A DNA stretch of 64,000 nucleotides, from NCBI GenBank assembly GCA_034434235.1, contig DAOTZV010000098.1, forward strand, positions 8,879 to 72,878, given 5' to 3'. Below, one piece after another: positions 9,742-18,026 of the stretch. This stretch comes from Anaerolineae bacterium (GTDB lineage Bacteria; Chloroflexota; Anaerolineae; CG2-30-64-16). A model generated the notes under the pieces. That model saw only the letters and a list, made by a program, of their open reading frames with translations, did not search any database and was not told the DNA's origin. Made by a program: the position numbers and the translations under genes. The first letter of the stretch is position 1; each line of letters begins with the position of its first letter.

Positions 9742-10053
9742 ATGGCACAACCGAATCCTCCGGCCGCCCAAATCAATATCGAGTTGCCCGTCGATCTCGA
9801 GGCGATCTACAGCAATTTTGCCATCATCAACCATTCGCCCTCGGAGATCGTCGTGGACTTTGCCCGGCTTCTGCCGAACATTCCCAAGGCGAAGGTCTAC
9901 GCGCGCATCGTGATGACTCCGCTCAACGCCAAGTTGCTGTTGCGGGCTTTGCAGGACAACCTGGGGAAGTACGAGGAGAAGTTCGGCGAGATCCGCCTTC
10001 CGGCCGAGGTCGGCTTCGAGGCGCAGGAACGGACGCTCGGCTTCAAGCATTGA
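9742..10053 (+). CDS. DUF3467 family protein
   Basis: 103 aa. Motif [16 protein letters not shown] typical of DUF3467. Confidence 0.55.
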   Translation: MAQPNPPAAQINIELPVDLEAIYSNFAIINHSPSEIVVDFARLLPNIPKAKVYARIVMTPLNAKLLLRALQDNLGKYEEKFGEIRLPAEVGFEAQERTLGFKH

Positions 10054-10063
10054 GGTGGGGTAT

Positions 10064-10774
10064 ATGGCGGCCGAAACCTCCGTCGTCGAGTATTACCCCA
10101 CGATCAAAGAGCTTCCCGAAGGCGAACGGCCGCGCGAGCGCCTGGAGCATTACGGCGCGGCCGCGCTCAGCACCGCGGAACTGATCGCCATCATCTTGCG
10201 GGTGGGCACCAGGGACGAGAACGTGCTGCGCCTGGCGCAGCGCCTGTTGACCGCGTACGGCGGATTGGCCGGGCTGGCGCAGGCGCCCTTCAGCGAGCTG
10301 GTGGAGATCAAAGGGATGGGCGAGGCGAAGGTCACTCAGCTCAAGGCCGCGTTCGAGCTGGGCCGGCGGCTGCTGGTGGCCGCACCGCACGAGCGGCCCA
10401 CGGTCCGCTCGCCGGCCGATGTCGCCAACCTGCTCTTGCTGGAAATGGGCATGCTGGAGCAGGAACACCTGCGCACCGTGCTGCTCGACAGCAAGAACCA
10501 CGTGCTCAAGGTGCATACCGTCTACATCGGCTCGCTGAACACCACGGCCGTGCGCGTGGCCGAGCTGTTTCGCGAGGCGATCCGCCTGAACTGCGCCGCG
10601 CTGATCGTGGCGCACAACCATCCGAGCGGCGATCCTACCCCCTCGCCCGAAGATGTCCAGGTGACGCGGCAGATCGTGGAGGCCGGCAAGCTGCTGAACA
10701 TTGACGTGCTCGATCACCTGATCATCGGCCAGGCGCGCTGGGTGAGCTTGAAGGAGAGGGGCTTGGGGTTCTGA
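10064..10774 (+). CDS. radC: RadC-family JAB/MPN domain protein
   Basis: HhH motif region plus JAMM motif [17 protein letters not shown] 10064 with GAGGTGG RBS. Confidence 0.8.
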   Translation: MAAETSVVEYYPTIKELPEGERPRERLEHYGAAALSTAELIAIILRVGTRDENVLRLAQRLLTAYGGLAGLAQAPFSELVEIKGMGEAKVTQLKAAFELGRRLLVAAPHERPTVRSPADVANLLLLEMGMLEQEHLRTVLLDSKNHVLKVHTVYIGSLNTTAVRVAELFREAIRLNCAALIVAHNHPSGDPTPSPEDVQVTRQIVEAGKLLNIDVLDHLIIGQARWVSLKERGLGF

Positions 10775-10844
10775 ACCCGCCGACGTCGGGCTTGCGACCA
10801 TCAGGTCGTCGGCGCGGCGGTCGGCAGCCGTCCGGCTACAGACA

Positions 10845-10875
10845 GGGGCGCCCGGCCGGGCGCCCTTGCTTTTTC
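10845..10875 (+). terminator. Intrinsic terminator after radC (GGGGCGCCCGG/CCGGGCGCCC palindrome + TTGCTTTTTC)
   Basis: GC-rich perfect palindrome followed by T-run. Confidence 0.6.
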
Positions 10876-10917
10876 ATGTCCGAACGCTTCAGCGTCGGCG
10901 GCTTTTCTGGGCTGGGC

Positions 10918-11625
10918 CTATTTGATGCGCGCGGCGGCCTCGGCGTCGAAGATCTGCTCCAGCGCGCGCAGCTCCGCGGCCTTCAGGGTATCCCCCTTGC
11001 CCGCGCCGCGCAACCACTTCTTGAGGTTCTTGGGCTCCAGTACCGGCACCACCGGTTCGGTGATTTGCAACTTCGCGCGCGGGTCTATGAAGACGATGAC
11101 CGGTTGCACCGCGCCCGAGAAATCCGGCAGTCGGGCCTTGATCCAGGCCAGCAACCGGTTGGCCGCATCTTGCGCTTCGATCGTCGGGTTGCCAAGTCCC
11201 TCCTGAGCAAACGCCAGCAGCAGCTTGCCGATGCTGAACTTGCTCTTCCACTCCGCGCCGCGCACGCTGATCTCCCCCGTCTGATCGCGCACGATGAAAA
11301 GGTGGATCCCCTGCGGCGAGAGCAGCACGTAGGGCCACGGCAACGCCCAGGCGTAGTAGTGATAGCGATCGTCGAAGCCCTTGAGCGCGGTTTCGATCAC
11401 CTGATCGGGCCGGGGCGAGCGCCCCCAGCGGCGCAGGCTATAGTTGCCGAACTGGGCCAGGACGAAGCCGACCACGATGGCGACGAGCGAAACCCAGAGC
11501 AGCTCCTGGTTCTGCTGGAGCGAGACGATGAAGCCCACGACCAGCACGGCCAGGCCGAACAGGCTGGCGTAGACGCCCAGTCGGTTGCGACGGCGGATGA
11601 ACTTTTCGTTTTTGGTGACTTGCAT
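10918..11625 (-). CDS. Membrane-anchored NERD-like (nuclease-related domain) protein, two N-terminal TM helices
   Basis: Two hydrophobic helices then pattern YVLLSPQGIHLFIVRDQTGEI ... PVIVFIDP resembling NERD/PD-(D/E)xK; family assignment tentative. Confidence 0.4.
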   Translation of the reverse strand: MQVTKNEKFIRRRNRLGVYASLFGLAVLVVGFIVSLQQNQELLWVSLVAIVVGFVLAQFGNYSLRRWGRSPRPDQVIETALKGFDDRYHYYAWALPWPYVLLSPQGIHLFIVRDQTGEISVRGAEWKSKFSIGKLLLAFAQEGLGNPTIEAQDAANRLLAWIKARLPDFSGAVQPVIVFIDPRAKLQITEPVVPVLEPKNLKKWLRGAGKGDTLKAAELRALEQIFDAEAAARIK

Positions 11626-11650
11626 GGTGGATTGTTGCCTCTATCTCGTA

Positions 11651-12988
11651 TTACCCGCTGACATGGGCGTCGAGCGGGCCAACATCAGGTGACGGAGTGC
11701 CTTCGGCCTGACGGTCTTGCCATTTCCCGAACACGACGCACGCGTTCTGTCCGCCCAGGCCGAAGGAATTCGAGATCGCCACGTTCACGCGACGGCGCCG
11801 GGCCACATTGGGCGTATAGTCCAGATCGCAGGCCGGATCGGGGGTCTCGTAGTTGATCGTCGGATGGATGGTGTCGGTGTGGACGGCCATGACGGTGGCC
11901 AGCGCTTCGACCGCGCCCGCCGCACCGAAGAGATGGCCGATCATGCTCTTCGTGCTGCTGATCGCCAGCCGATACGCGTGCGGGCCGAAGACCTGTTTGA
12001 TCGCGGCGGTCTCCGCGGCGTCGTTCGGTTGCGTGGCGCTGCCGTGCGCGTTGATGTAGTCCACCTGTTCCGCCGCGATCCCGGCGTCGGCCAGCGCCAG
12101 CCGCATCGTGCGGGCCGGGCCGGCGCCCGTCGGATCGGGCGCGGCGATGTGGAACGCGTCGGCCGTGGCCGCTTCGCCCAGCACCTCGGCATAGACGCGC
12201 GCGCCGCGGCGCCGGGCATGTTCCAGCTCCTCCAACACCAGGATCACCGCGCCCTCGCCGATCACGAAGCCGTCGCGGTTCAGGTCGAACGGCCGGCTCG
12301 CCCTGGTCGGGTCGCCGGCATAGGTGGAGAGCACCTTCATCGAGGTAAAGCCGATGTAGAAGAGGGGCGTGATCTGCGCCTCGGCGCCGCCGGCCAACAC
12401 CACATCGCACGCGCCGCGGCGGATCCACTCCAGCCCCTCGCCGATGGCCTGCGTGCCGGCCGCGCACGCCGTGCCGAGGGTCGAGAGGGGCCCGCGGAAG
12501 CCGTGCTCGAGGCCGATGTGAAACGCGGGCATGTTGATCAGCGTCTCCAGCGGCACGTGCGGCGTGACGCGCGTGACCCCTTCGCCGAGGAAGCGATGGA
12601 TCGGCTCCATCAGGATGTCTATGCCGCCGAACGCCACCCCCAACACCACGCCGATGCGCTCCCGGTCTTCGTGCGCCACATCCAGGCCGGCATCCGCGAC
12701 GGCCTGGCGGCCGGCGACGATGGCCAGTTGCGAACAGCGCGCCATGCGCCGGGCCTCTTTCGGCGCGATGTGCGCCTCGGGGTTGAAGTCCTTCACCTCG
12801 GCCGCCAGCCGCGTCGGAAAGACGCTCGCGTCGCACAGGGTCGCCTCGGCGACCCCCGAACGCCCCTGCACGAAAGCTTCCCACGTCTCGCGGGCCGTGT
12901 GCCCCACGGGCGTGATCGCGCCCAGGCCCGTGACCACCACACGGCGGCGGCCGGCCGGCCGTTCCGCTCCCTCTACCACATCCATCAT
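11651..12988 (-). CDS. fabF: Beta-ketoacyl-ACP synthase II
   Basis: KAS II active-site context (Cys in LSTLGTACAAGTQAIG; His-His motifs). Confidence 0.85.
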   Translation of the reverse strand: MMDVVEGAERPAGRRRVVVTGLGAITPVGHTARETWEAFVQGRSGVAEATLCDASVFPTRLAAEVKDFNPEAHIAPKEARRMARCSQLAIVAGRQAVADAGLDVAHEDRERIGVVLGVAFGGIDILMEPIHRFLGEGVTRVTPHVPLETLINMPAFHIGLEHGFRGPLSTLGTACAAGTQAIGEGLEWIRRGACDVVLAGGAEAQITPLFYIGFTSMKVLSTYAGDPTRASRPFDLNRDGFVIGEGAVILVLEELEHARRRGARVYAEVLGEAATADAFHIAAPDPTGAGPARTMRLALADAGIAAEQVDYINAHGSATQPNDAAETAAIKQVFGPHAYRLAISSTKSMIGHLFGAAGAVEALATVMAVHTDTIHPTINYETPDPACDLDYTPNVARRRRVNVAISNSFGLGGQNACVVFGKWQDRQAEGTPSPDVGPLDAHVSG

Positions 12989-14031
12989 CCCTGAACGTTC
13001 TTTCGTTGTGCGATCTCCGCCTGAATCACGCCGACCAGGTTCTGCTGCGCGCTCTTCTCGGCCATGCGGATCATGCTGACGATGGCCCGCGCGTCGCTGC
13101 GGCCATGGCCGATGACGACGACCCCGTTGACGCCCAACAGCGGCGCGCCGCCGATCTCCCGCCAGTCCACGCGTCGCTTCAAGCCGCGGAGGCTCGGATA
13201 GAGCAGCGCCGCTCCGGGCAGGGCGAGGATCAGACCGGGTATCATCAGCATTAACCCCAGCTTGTTGCGAAAGCCGCGGGTGAATTCGCGCTTCAACGTC
13301 TTGCCCAGGAACGATACCACCCCTTCCGTCAGCTTGATGATGACGTTGCCGGTCAGCCCATCGGTGACGACCACGTTGGCGATGCCGCGGCCGATGTCCT
13401 TGCCCTCCACGTTGCCGACGAAGTTCAGGCCCGAAGCCTTGAGGAGCGGATACGTCTCGCGGATCAACATGCTCCCCTTGTCTTCCTCTTCGCCGTTAGA
13501 GATGATGCCGATCTTCGGGTTGTCCAGGCCGAAGATGAGCCGGGCATAGGCGTTGCCCATGATGGCGAATTGCACCAGGTATTCCGGCTTGCAGTCGGCG
13601 TTGGCGCCGATGTCTATGATCAGGCACGGTTCGGGCGCGGCCGGGTAGACGCTGCCGATGGCCGGCCGCTCGATCCCCGGGATGCGGCCCAGGCCGAAGA
13701 GCGCGGCCGCCATCACCGCGCCCGAATTGCCCGCCGACGCGAACGCATCGGCCTTGCCCTCTTTGACCAGGCGCATGCCCACCATCATGGACGAGTCGCG
13801 CTTGGTCTTCACGGCCATCGTGTGCTCGGCCATCTCCACGACCTCGGACGCGTGGACGACCTCGATCGGCAATCCGCCGATGTCGCCGTGTTTGGCCAGC
13901 TCGGCCCGCACGCGCTCCTCCTGGCCGACGAGGATGATCTGCGTGCCGTGGCGACGGGCTGCTTCGACCGCGCCGGCTACCACGACCGCGGGCGCATGAT
14001 CGCCCCCCATGGCGTCTACAACGATCTTCAT
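12985..14031 (-). CDS. plsX: Phosphate acyltransferase PlsX
   Basis: MKIVVDAMGGDHAP N-terminus typical of PlsX; 4-nt overlap with fabF. Confidence 0.85.
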   Translation of the reverse strand: MKIVVDAMGGDHAPAVVVAGAVEAARRHGTQIILVGQEERVRAELAKHGDIGGLPIEVVHASEVVEMAEHTMAVKTKRDSSMMVGMRLVKEGKADAFASAGNSGAVMAAALFGLGRIPGIERPAIGSVYPAAPEPCLIIDIGANADCKPEYLVQFAIMGNAYARLIFGLDNPKIGIISNGEEEDKGSMLIRETYPLLKASGLNFVGNVEGKDIGRGIANVVVTDGLTGNVIIKLTEGVVSFLGKTLKREFTRGFRNKLGLMLMIPGLILALPGAALLYPSLRGLKRRVDWREIGGAPLLGVNGVVVIGHGRSDARAIVSMIRMAEKSAQQNLVGVIQAEIAQRKNVQG

Positions 14032-14092
14032 GAGTCCTCCCCTTTGACGATGATCGGATCGCAGATCATGAGTATACGACAGGATGCGGCGG

Positions 14093-14121
14093 TTGACAAA
14101 GAAAAGAGTACGGGCTACACT
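14093..14121 (+). promoter_or_regulatory. Sigma-70-like promoter TTGACA-N17-TACACT
   Basis: Same -35/-10 hexamers and spacing as promoter at 4220. Confidence 0.5.
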
Positions 14122-14132
14122 AGCGAGGCCTC

Positions 14133-14167
14133 ACGTGCCGGGCACCCGAGAGGGCGCCCGGCACGTG
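14133..14167. repeat. Family-A hairpin repeat (ACGTGCCGGGCACCCGAGAGGGCGCCCGGCACGTG) in 5' leader of epimerase gene
   Basis: Inverted repeat read directly; variant of CGTGCCAGGC...GCCTGGCACG family. Confidence 0.8.
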
Positions 14168-14203
14168 AGGCAAGTCTCGGCTATCCAGGAGGAGGATCAT
14201 CCT

Positions 14204-15175
14204 ATGCGGGCGCTTATCACGGGCGGCGCCGGTTTCATCGGCAGCCATCTGGCCGAGGCCCTCTTGGCCCAGGGCCATCGGGTCGTGGCCATTGACGACC
14301 TTTCCACAGGGTCGGAAGCGAACATCGAGCACCTCTACGACCGGCCCGACTTCCAGTTCGTCCTGGAGACCATCACCAACGAGGCGGTGATGGATCGCCT
14401 GGTGAGCGAGTGCGATATCGTCTTTCATCTGGCGGCCGCGGTGGGGGTCGAGCTGATCGTGCGCGATCCGATCCACACGATCGAGACCAACGTCCTGGGC
14501 ACCAGCATCGTGCTGCGCATCGCCAATCGCTACCGGCGCAAGGTGATCCTGGCGTCCACGTCGGAGATCTACGGCAAGAGCACCGATGTGCCGTTCCGCG
14601 AGGACGGCGACCGGGTGATGGGGCCGACGACGCACTCCCGTTGGGCCTACGCCAATTCCAAGGCCATGGACGAGTTTCTGGCGCTGGCCTATCACAAGCA
14701 GCGCGGCCTTCCCATCGTCATCTGTCGCTTCTTCAACACCATCGGCCCGCGGCAGACGGGGCGCTACGGCATGGTCGTGCCGCGTTTCGTGCGCCAGGCG
14801 CTCGAGGGCGAGCCGCTCACCGTCTACGGCGACGGCCAGCAATCCCGTTGCTTCGCCGACGTGTTGGACGTGACCGATGCGGTGATCAAGCTGGCCGCGC
14901 ACCCCGGCGCGGTGGGGAAGGTGTTCAATCTGGGGAGCACCGAGGAGATCACCATCCTGGAGCTGGCGCAGCGCGTGCTGCGGCTCACCGGCAGCGCCTC
15001 GCCGATCGTCATGGTGCCCTACGATCAGGCGTATGAGCCCGGGTTCGAGGACATGCGCCGCCGTGTGCCCGACATCAGCCGCGCGGCCGGCCTGATCGGC
15101 TATCGGCCCCGGCACTCGCTCGACGATACCCTGCAGCGCATCATCGCGTATTATCGCCAACACGGCCGCGCCTGA
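14204..15175 (+). CDS. NAD-dependent epimerase/dehydratase (UDP-glucuronate decarboxylase/UXS-like)
   Basis: [10 protein letters not shown] Rossmann motif, YANSK catalytic motif. RBS GGAGGAGG upstream of ATG 14204. Confidence 0.65.
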   Translation: MRALITGGAGFIGSHLAEALLAQGHRVVAIDDLSTGSEANIEHLYDRPDFQFVLETITNEAVMDRLVSECDIVFHLAAAVGVELIVRDPIHTIETNVLGTSIVLRIANRYRRKVILASTSEIYGKSTDVPFREDGDRVMGPTTHSRWAYANSKAMDEFLALAYHKQRGLPIVICRFFNTIGPRQTGRYGMVVPRFVRQALEGEPLTVYGDGQQSRCFADVLDVTDAVIKLAAHPGAVGKVFNLGSTEEITILELAQRVLRLTGSASPIVMVPYDQAYEPGFEDMRRRVPDISRAAGLIGYRPRHSLDDTLQRIIAYYRQHGRA

Positions 15176-15290
15176 GCGCGTGAAAATCCTGTCCGGTTTT
15201 GGTGGCTTCAAGCGACTCATGTATAATGAGGTCAGGCTTCTTTGCGAGCCTGATCCGGCAAGTACATCACAAAACACAAAGGAGTGTCCG

Positions 15291-16544
15291 ATGTCTGCAA
15301 CTCTTAATCCCTTCGAGATCGCGCAGCGCCAGCTCGATGACGCGGCGGCCATCCTCGGCCTTTCGCCGGCAATGCATGCCTTCTTGCGGCAGCCGATGCG
15401 CGAAATGCATTTCACCATCCCTGTCTTGATGGACGACGGCAGCTACCAGACCTTCCAGGGCTTTCGCGTCCAATATAACGATGCGCGCGGGCCGGCCAAA
15501 GGCGGCATCCGCTTCCACCCCGACGAGACGATTGACACGGTGCGGGCTCTGGCGGCCTGGATGACCTGGAAGACGGCGGTCGTGGATATTCCCCTGGGCG
15601 GGGGCAAGGGCGGCGTGATCTGCAACCCCAAGACCCTTTCCGCCGGAGAACTGGAGCGTCTCAGTCGCGGCTTCATTCGTCAGGTGGCGTATTTCATCGG
15701 CCCGGACAAAGACGTGCCCGCGCCCGATGTTTACACCACGCCGCAGATTATGGCGTGGATGATGGACGAATACGAGGTCATTCGGGGCCAACACTTGCCC
15801 GGCGTCATCACGGGCAAGCCGGTGCCACTCTTCGGATCGCTGGGCCGCGGAGATGCGACTGCGCGTGGAGGGATCTATGTGACGCGCGAGGCGGCCAAAG
15901 CATTGGGCATCAATCTGCAAGGCGCGACCGCGGCGATCCAGGGCTACGGCAATGCCGGGCAATTCGCCCATCAGTTGGGCCACGATCTGCTGGGGCTGAA
16001 AGTCGTGGCCATCAGCGATTCCAAGGGCGGCATCTATAACCCCCAGGGCATTGACTATGCCAGCGCGCTCGCATGGAAAGAACAAACCGGCAGCGTCGTC
16101 AATCTGCCCGGCGCTGAGAACATCACCAATGCCGAGCTATTGGAGCTGCCGGTGACGGTGCTCTTCCCGGCCGCGCTGGAGAACGTGATCACTCAGGCCA
16201 ACGCGGACAAGATCAAGGCGAAGATCGTGGCCGAGCTGGCGAACGGCCCCACCACGCCCGAAGCCGATCAGATCCTGTTCCAGAACGGCGTGTATGTCTT
16301 GCCCGACTTTCTGTGCAATGCCGGCGGGGTGACGGTGAGCTATTTCGAGCAGGTCCAAAATGCCTATAACTTCTATTGGACGGTGGACGAAGTCGTACGG
16401 CGGCTGGACGAGAAGATGACGACCGCGTTCCATGCGGTGCACGAGATGGCGCAGAAGCGCAAGGTGCATAACCGGCTGGCGGCCTATCTGGTGGCCGTCC
16501 AGCGCGTGGCCGAGGCCGTGGCGCTGCGCGGCTGGGTGAAGTAA
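15291..16544 (+). CDS. gdhA: NAD(P)-specific glutamate dehydrogenase
   Basis: GDH signature (GGGKGGV, KAL...) over full length. RBS AAAGGAG upstream of ATG 15291. Confidence 0.85.
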   Translation: MSATLNPFEIAQRQLDDAAAILGLSPAMHAFLRQPMREMHFTIPVLMDDGSYQTFQGFRVQYNDARGPAKGGIRFHPDETIDTVRALAAWMTWKTAVVDIPLGGGKGGVICNPKTLSAGELERLSRGFIRQVAYFIGPDKDVPAPDVYTTPQIMAWMMDEYEVIRGQHLPGVITGKPVPLFGSLGRGDATARGGIYVTREAAKALGINLQGATAAIQGYGNAGQFAHQLGHDLLGLKVVAISDSKGGIYNPQGIDYASALAWKEQTGSVVNLPGAENITNAELLELPVTVLFPAALENVITQANADKIKAKIVAELANGPTTPEADQILFQNGVYVLPDFLCNAGGVTVSYFEQVQNAYNFYWTVDEVVRRLDEKMTTAFHAVHEMAQKRKVHNRLAAYLVAVQRVAEAVALRGWVK

Positions 16545-16555
16545 GATCCCCGTGG

Positions 16556-16588
16556 ACGTGCCGGGGGCTCCTGAGGCCCCCGGCACAT
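16556..16588. terminator. Family-A hairpin between convergent gdhA and queG
   Basis: ACGTGCCGGGGGCTCCTGAGGCCCCCGGCACAT inverted repeat. Confidence 0.6.
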
Positions 16589-16590
16589 TT

Positions 16591-17985
16591 CTATAGTGCG
16601 GCCGCTATTTCCTCGCGTACCCACGCCTCGGGCTCCACCGCGAGCCGTTCTATCAGCGCCTGCATGCCCTCGCGTTCGCCGATCTGCCCCAGGGCCCACG
16701 CCGCGTGCCCGCGGATCAGCGGCTCGGCATCGGCCAGCAGGCTCACGAGCGCCGGCACCAGGGTCCGATCGCCGGCGTTGCCCGCCGCGACGCATGCATT
16801 GCGCACCAGTCCGCGACGTCTGGCGCGCCAGATCGCCGTGCCCCGAAAGCGTCGTCTGAATGCCTCTTCGTCGAGCATCAATAGCTCCCGCAGCGGCATG
16901 GTCGCCCGCCCTGGATCGGCCGGCCAGCGCTCGCGGGGAGCCGGCGTCGCGCGCCGGTTGTATGGGCACACTTCCTGACACACATCGCATCCGAACACCC
17001 AGTTGCCCATGAGCGGCCGCAGATCGCGAGGGATCGGCCCGCGCAGCTCGATGGTCAGATAAGCGATGCAGCGCCGCGCGTCCAGCACGTGCGGCCCGAC
17101 AAACGCGCGCGTCGGGCACGCATCTAGGCAACGCGTGCATCGGCCACATCCACCCCCCTGACGGGAGGCCCCCCCAACCCCCCAATTCTGGGGGGCGCCA
17201 CCTTCCCCCCGCGATCGGGATGCCTGCGAGGCCCCCCCAACCCCCCAATTCTGGGGGGCGCCACCTTCCCTCCGCGATCGGGATGCCTGCGAGGCCCCCC
17301 CAACCCCCCAATTCTGGGGGGCGCCACCTTCCCCCCAGGGTTGGGGGGCCGGGGGGCCGTTCCCTTCCCCCCAGGGTTGGGGGGCCGGGGGGCCGTTCCC
17401 TTCCCCCCAGGGTTGGGGGGCCAGGGGGGCCGTTCCCAACTCGACGGCGTGATCGCGGGCGAGATCCTCCGGCACCGCCAGCGCCGCCAGGAACGTCCAC
17501 GAGCCCATCCCCGGCGCGATCAAGCAGGTGTTGCGGCCGATGAAGCCGAGACCGGCCTGGGCCGCGAAGTCGCGTTCCAGCAGCGGCGCGGTGTCCACGC
17601 ACGCCTTGCCCAGGCCCGTCCGGCCGGTGCGCGCCCGGATGAACGCGTCGAGCGCGAAAAGCCGCGCCTTGAGGAGGTCGTGGTAGTCGGCCGCCCACGC
17701 GTAGCGCGCAAAGCGACCGTGCGCCGGATCGTACCAGGTCGAGGGCGGTGGGCCAGAGAAGTAGTTGGCCGCCACCACGATCAGGCTGGTCATACCCGTC
17801 AGCCACGAGGCGGGATCGAGCCGTTCGGCCGCGCGGTTGGCCAGATAGGCCATCTCGCCGGCATAGCCGGCCGCCAGCCAGTCGGCGAACGCCGCGGCAT
17901 GGGCCGGCCGGCCGATGGGGATGATGCCGCCGCGGTCGAAGCCGAGCGCTTGCGCGTGGACCAGGATATCTTCAACCAGGGTCAT
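16591..17985 (-). CDS. queG: Epoxyqueuosine reductase QueG with ~100-aa in-frame tandem repeat insertion
   Basis: N-terminal cobalamin-binding region, 4Fe-4S motifs CGRCTRCLDACP / CDVCQEVCP, C-terminal HEAT repeats. Inserted (PQPWGEGNGPPA)x3 and (GGAPQNWGVGGASQASRSRREG)x3. Confidence 0.75.
   Translation of the reverse strand: MTLVEDILVHAQALGFDRGGIIPIGRPAHAAAFADWLAAGYAGEMAYLANRAAERLDPASWLTGMTSLIVVAANYFSGPPPSTWYDPAHGRFARYAWAADYHDLLKARLFALDAFIRARTGRTGLGKACVDTAPLLERDFAAQAGLGFIGRNTCLIAPGMGSWTFLAALAVPEDLARDHAVELGTAPLAPQPWGEGNGPPAPQPWGEGNGPPAPQPWGEGGAPQNWGVGGASQASRSRREGGAPQNWGVGGASQASRSRGEGGAPQNWGVGGASRQGGGCGRCTRCLDACPTRAFVGPHVLDARRCIAYLTIELRGPIPRDLRPLMGNWVFGCDVCQEVCPYNRRATPAPRERWPADPGRATMPLRELLMLDEEAFRRRFRGTAIWRARRRGLVRNACVAAGNAGDRTLVPALVSLLADAEPLIRGHAAWALGQIGEREGMQALIERLAVEPEAWVREEIAAAL
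17150..17450. repeat. Tandem repeats inside queG coding sequence: 63-bp unit x3 and 36-bp unit x3, both in frame
   Basis: Direct DNA repeats gaggcccccccaaccccccaattctggggggcgccaccttccccccgcgatcgggatgcctgc and agggttggggggccggggggccgttcccttcccccc. Confidence 0.85.
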
Positions 17986-18026
17986 GCCGGTATTATACTA
18001 TACTCTACTTGCGGCTGCGGTATAAT

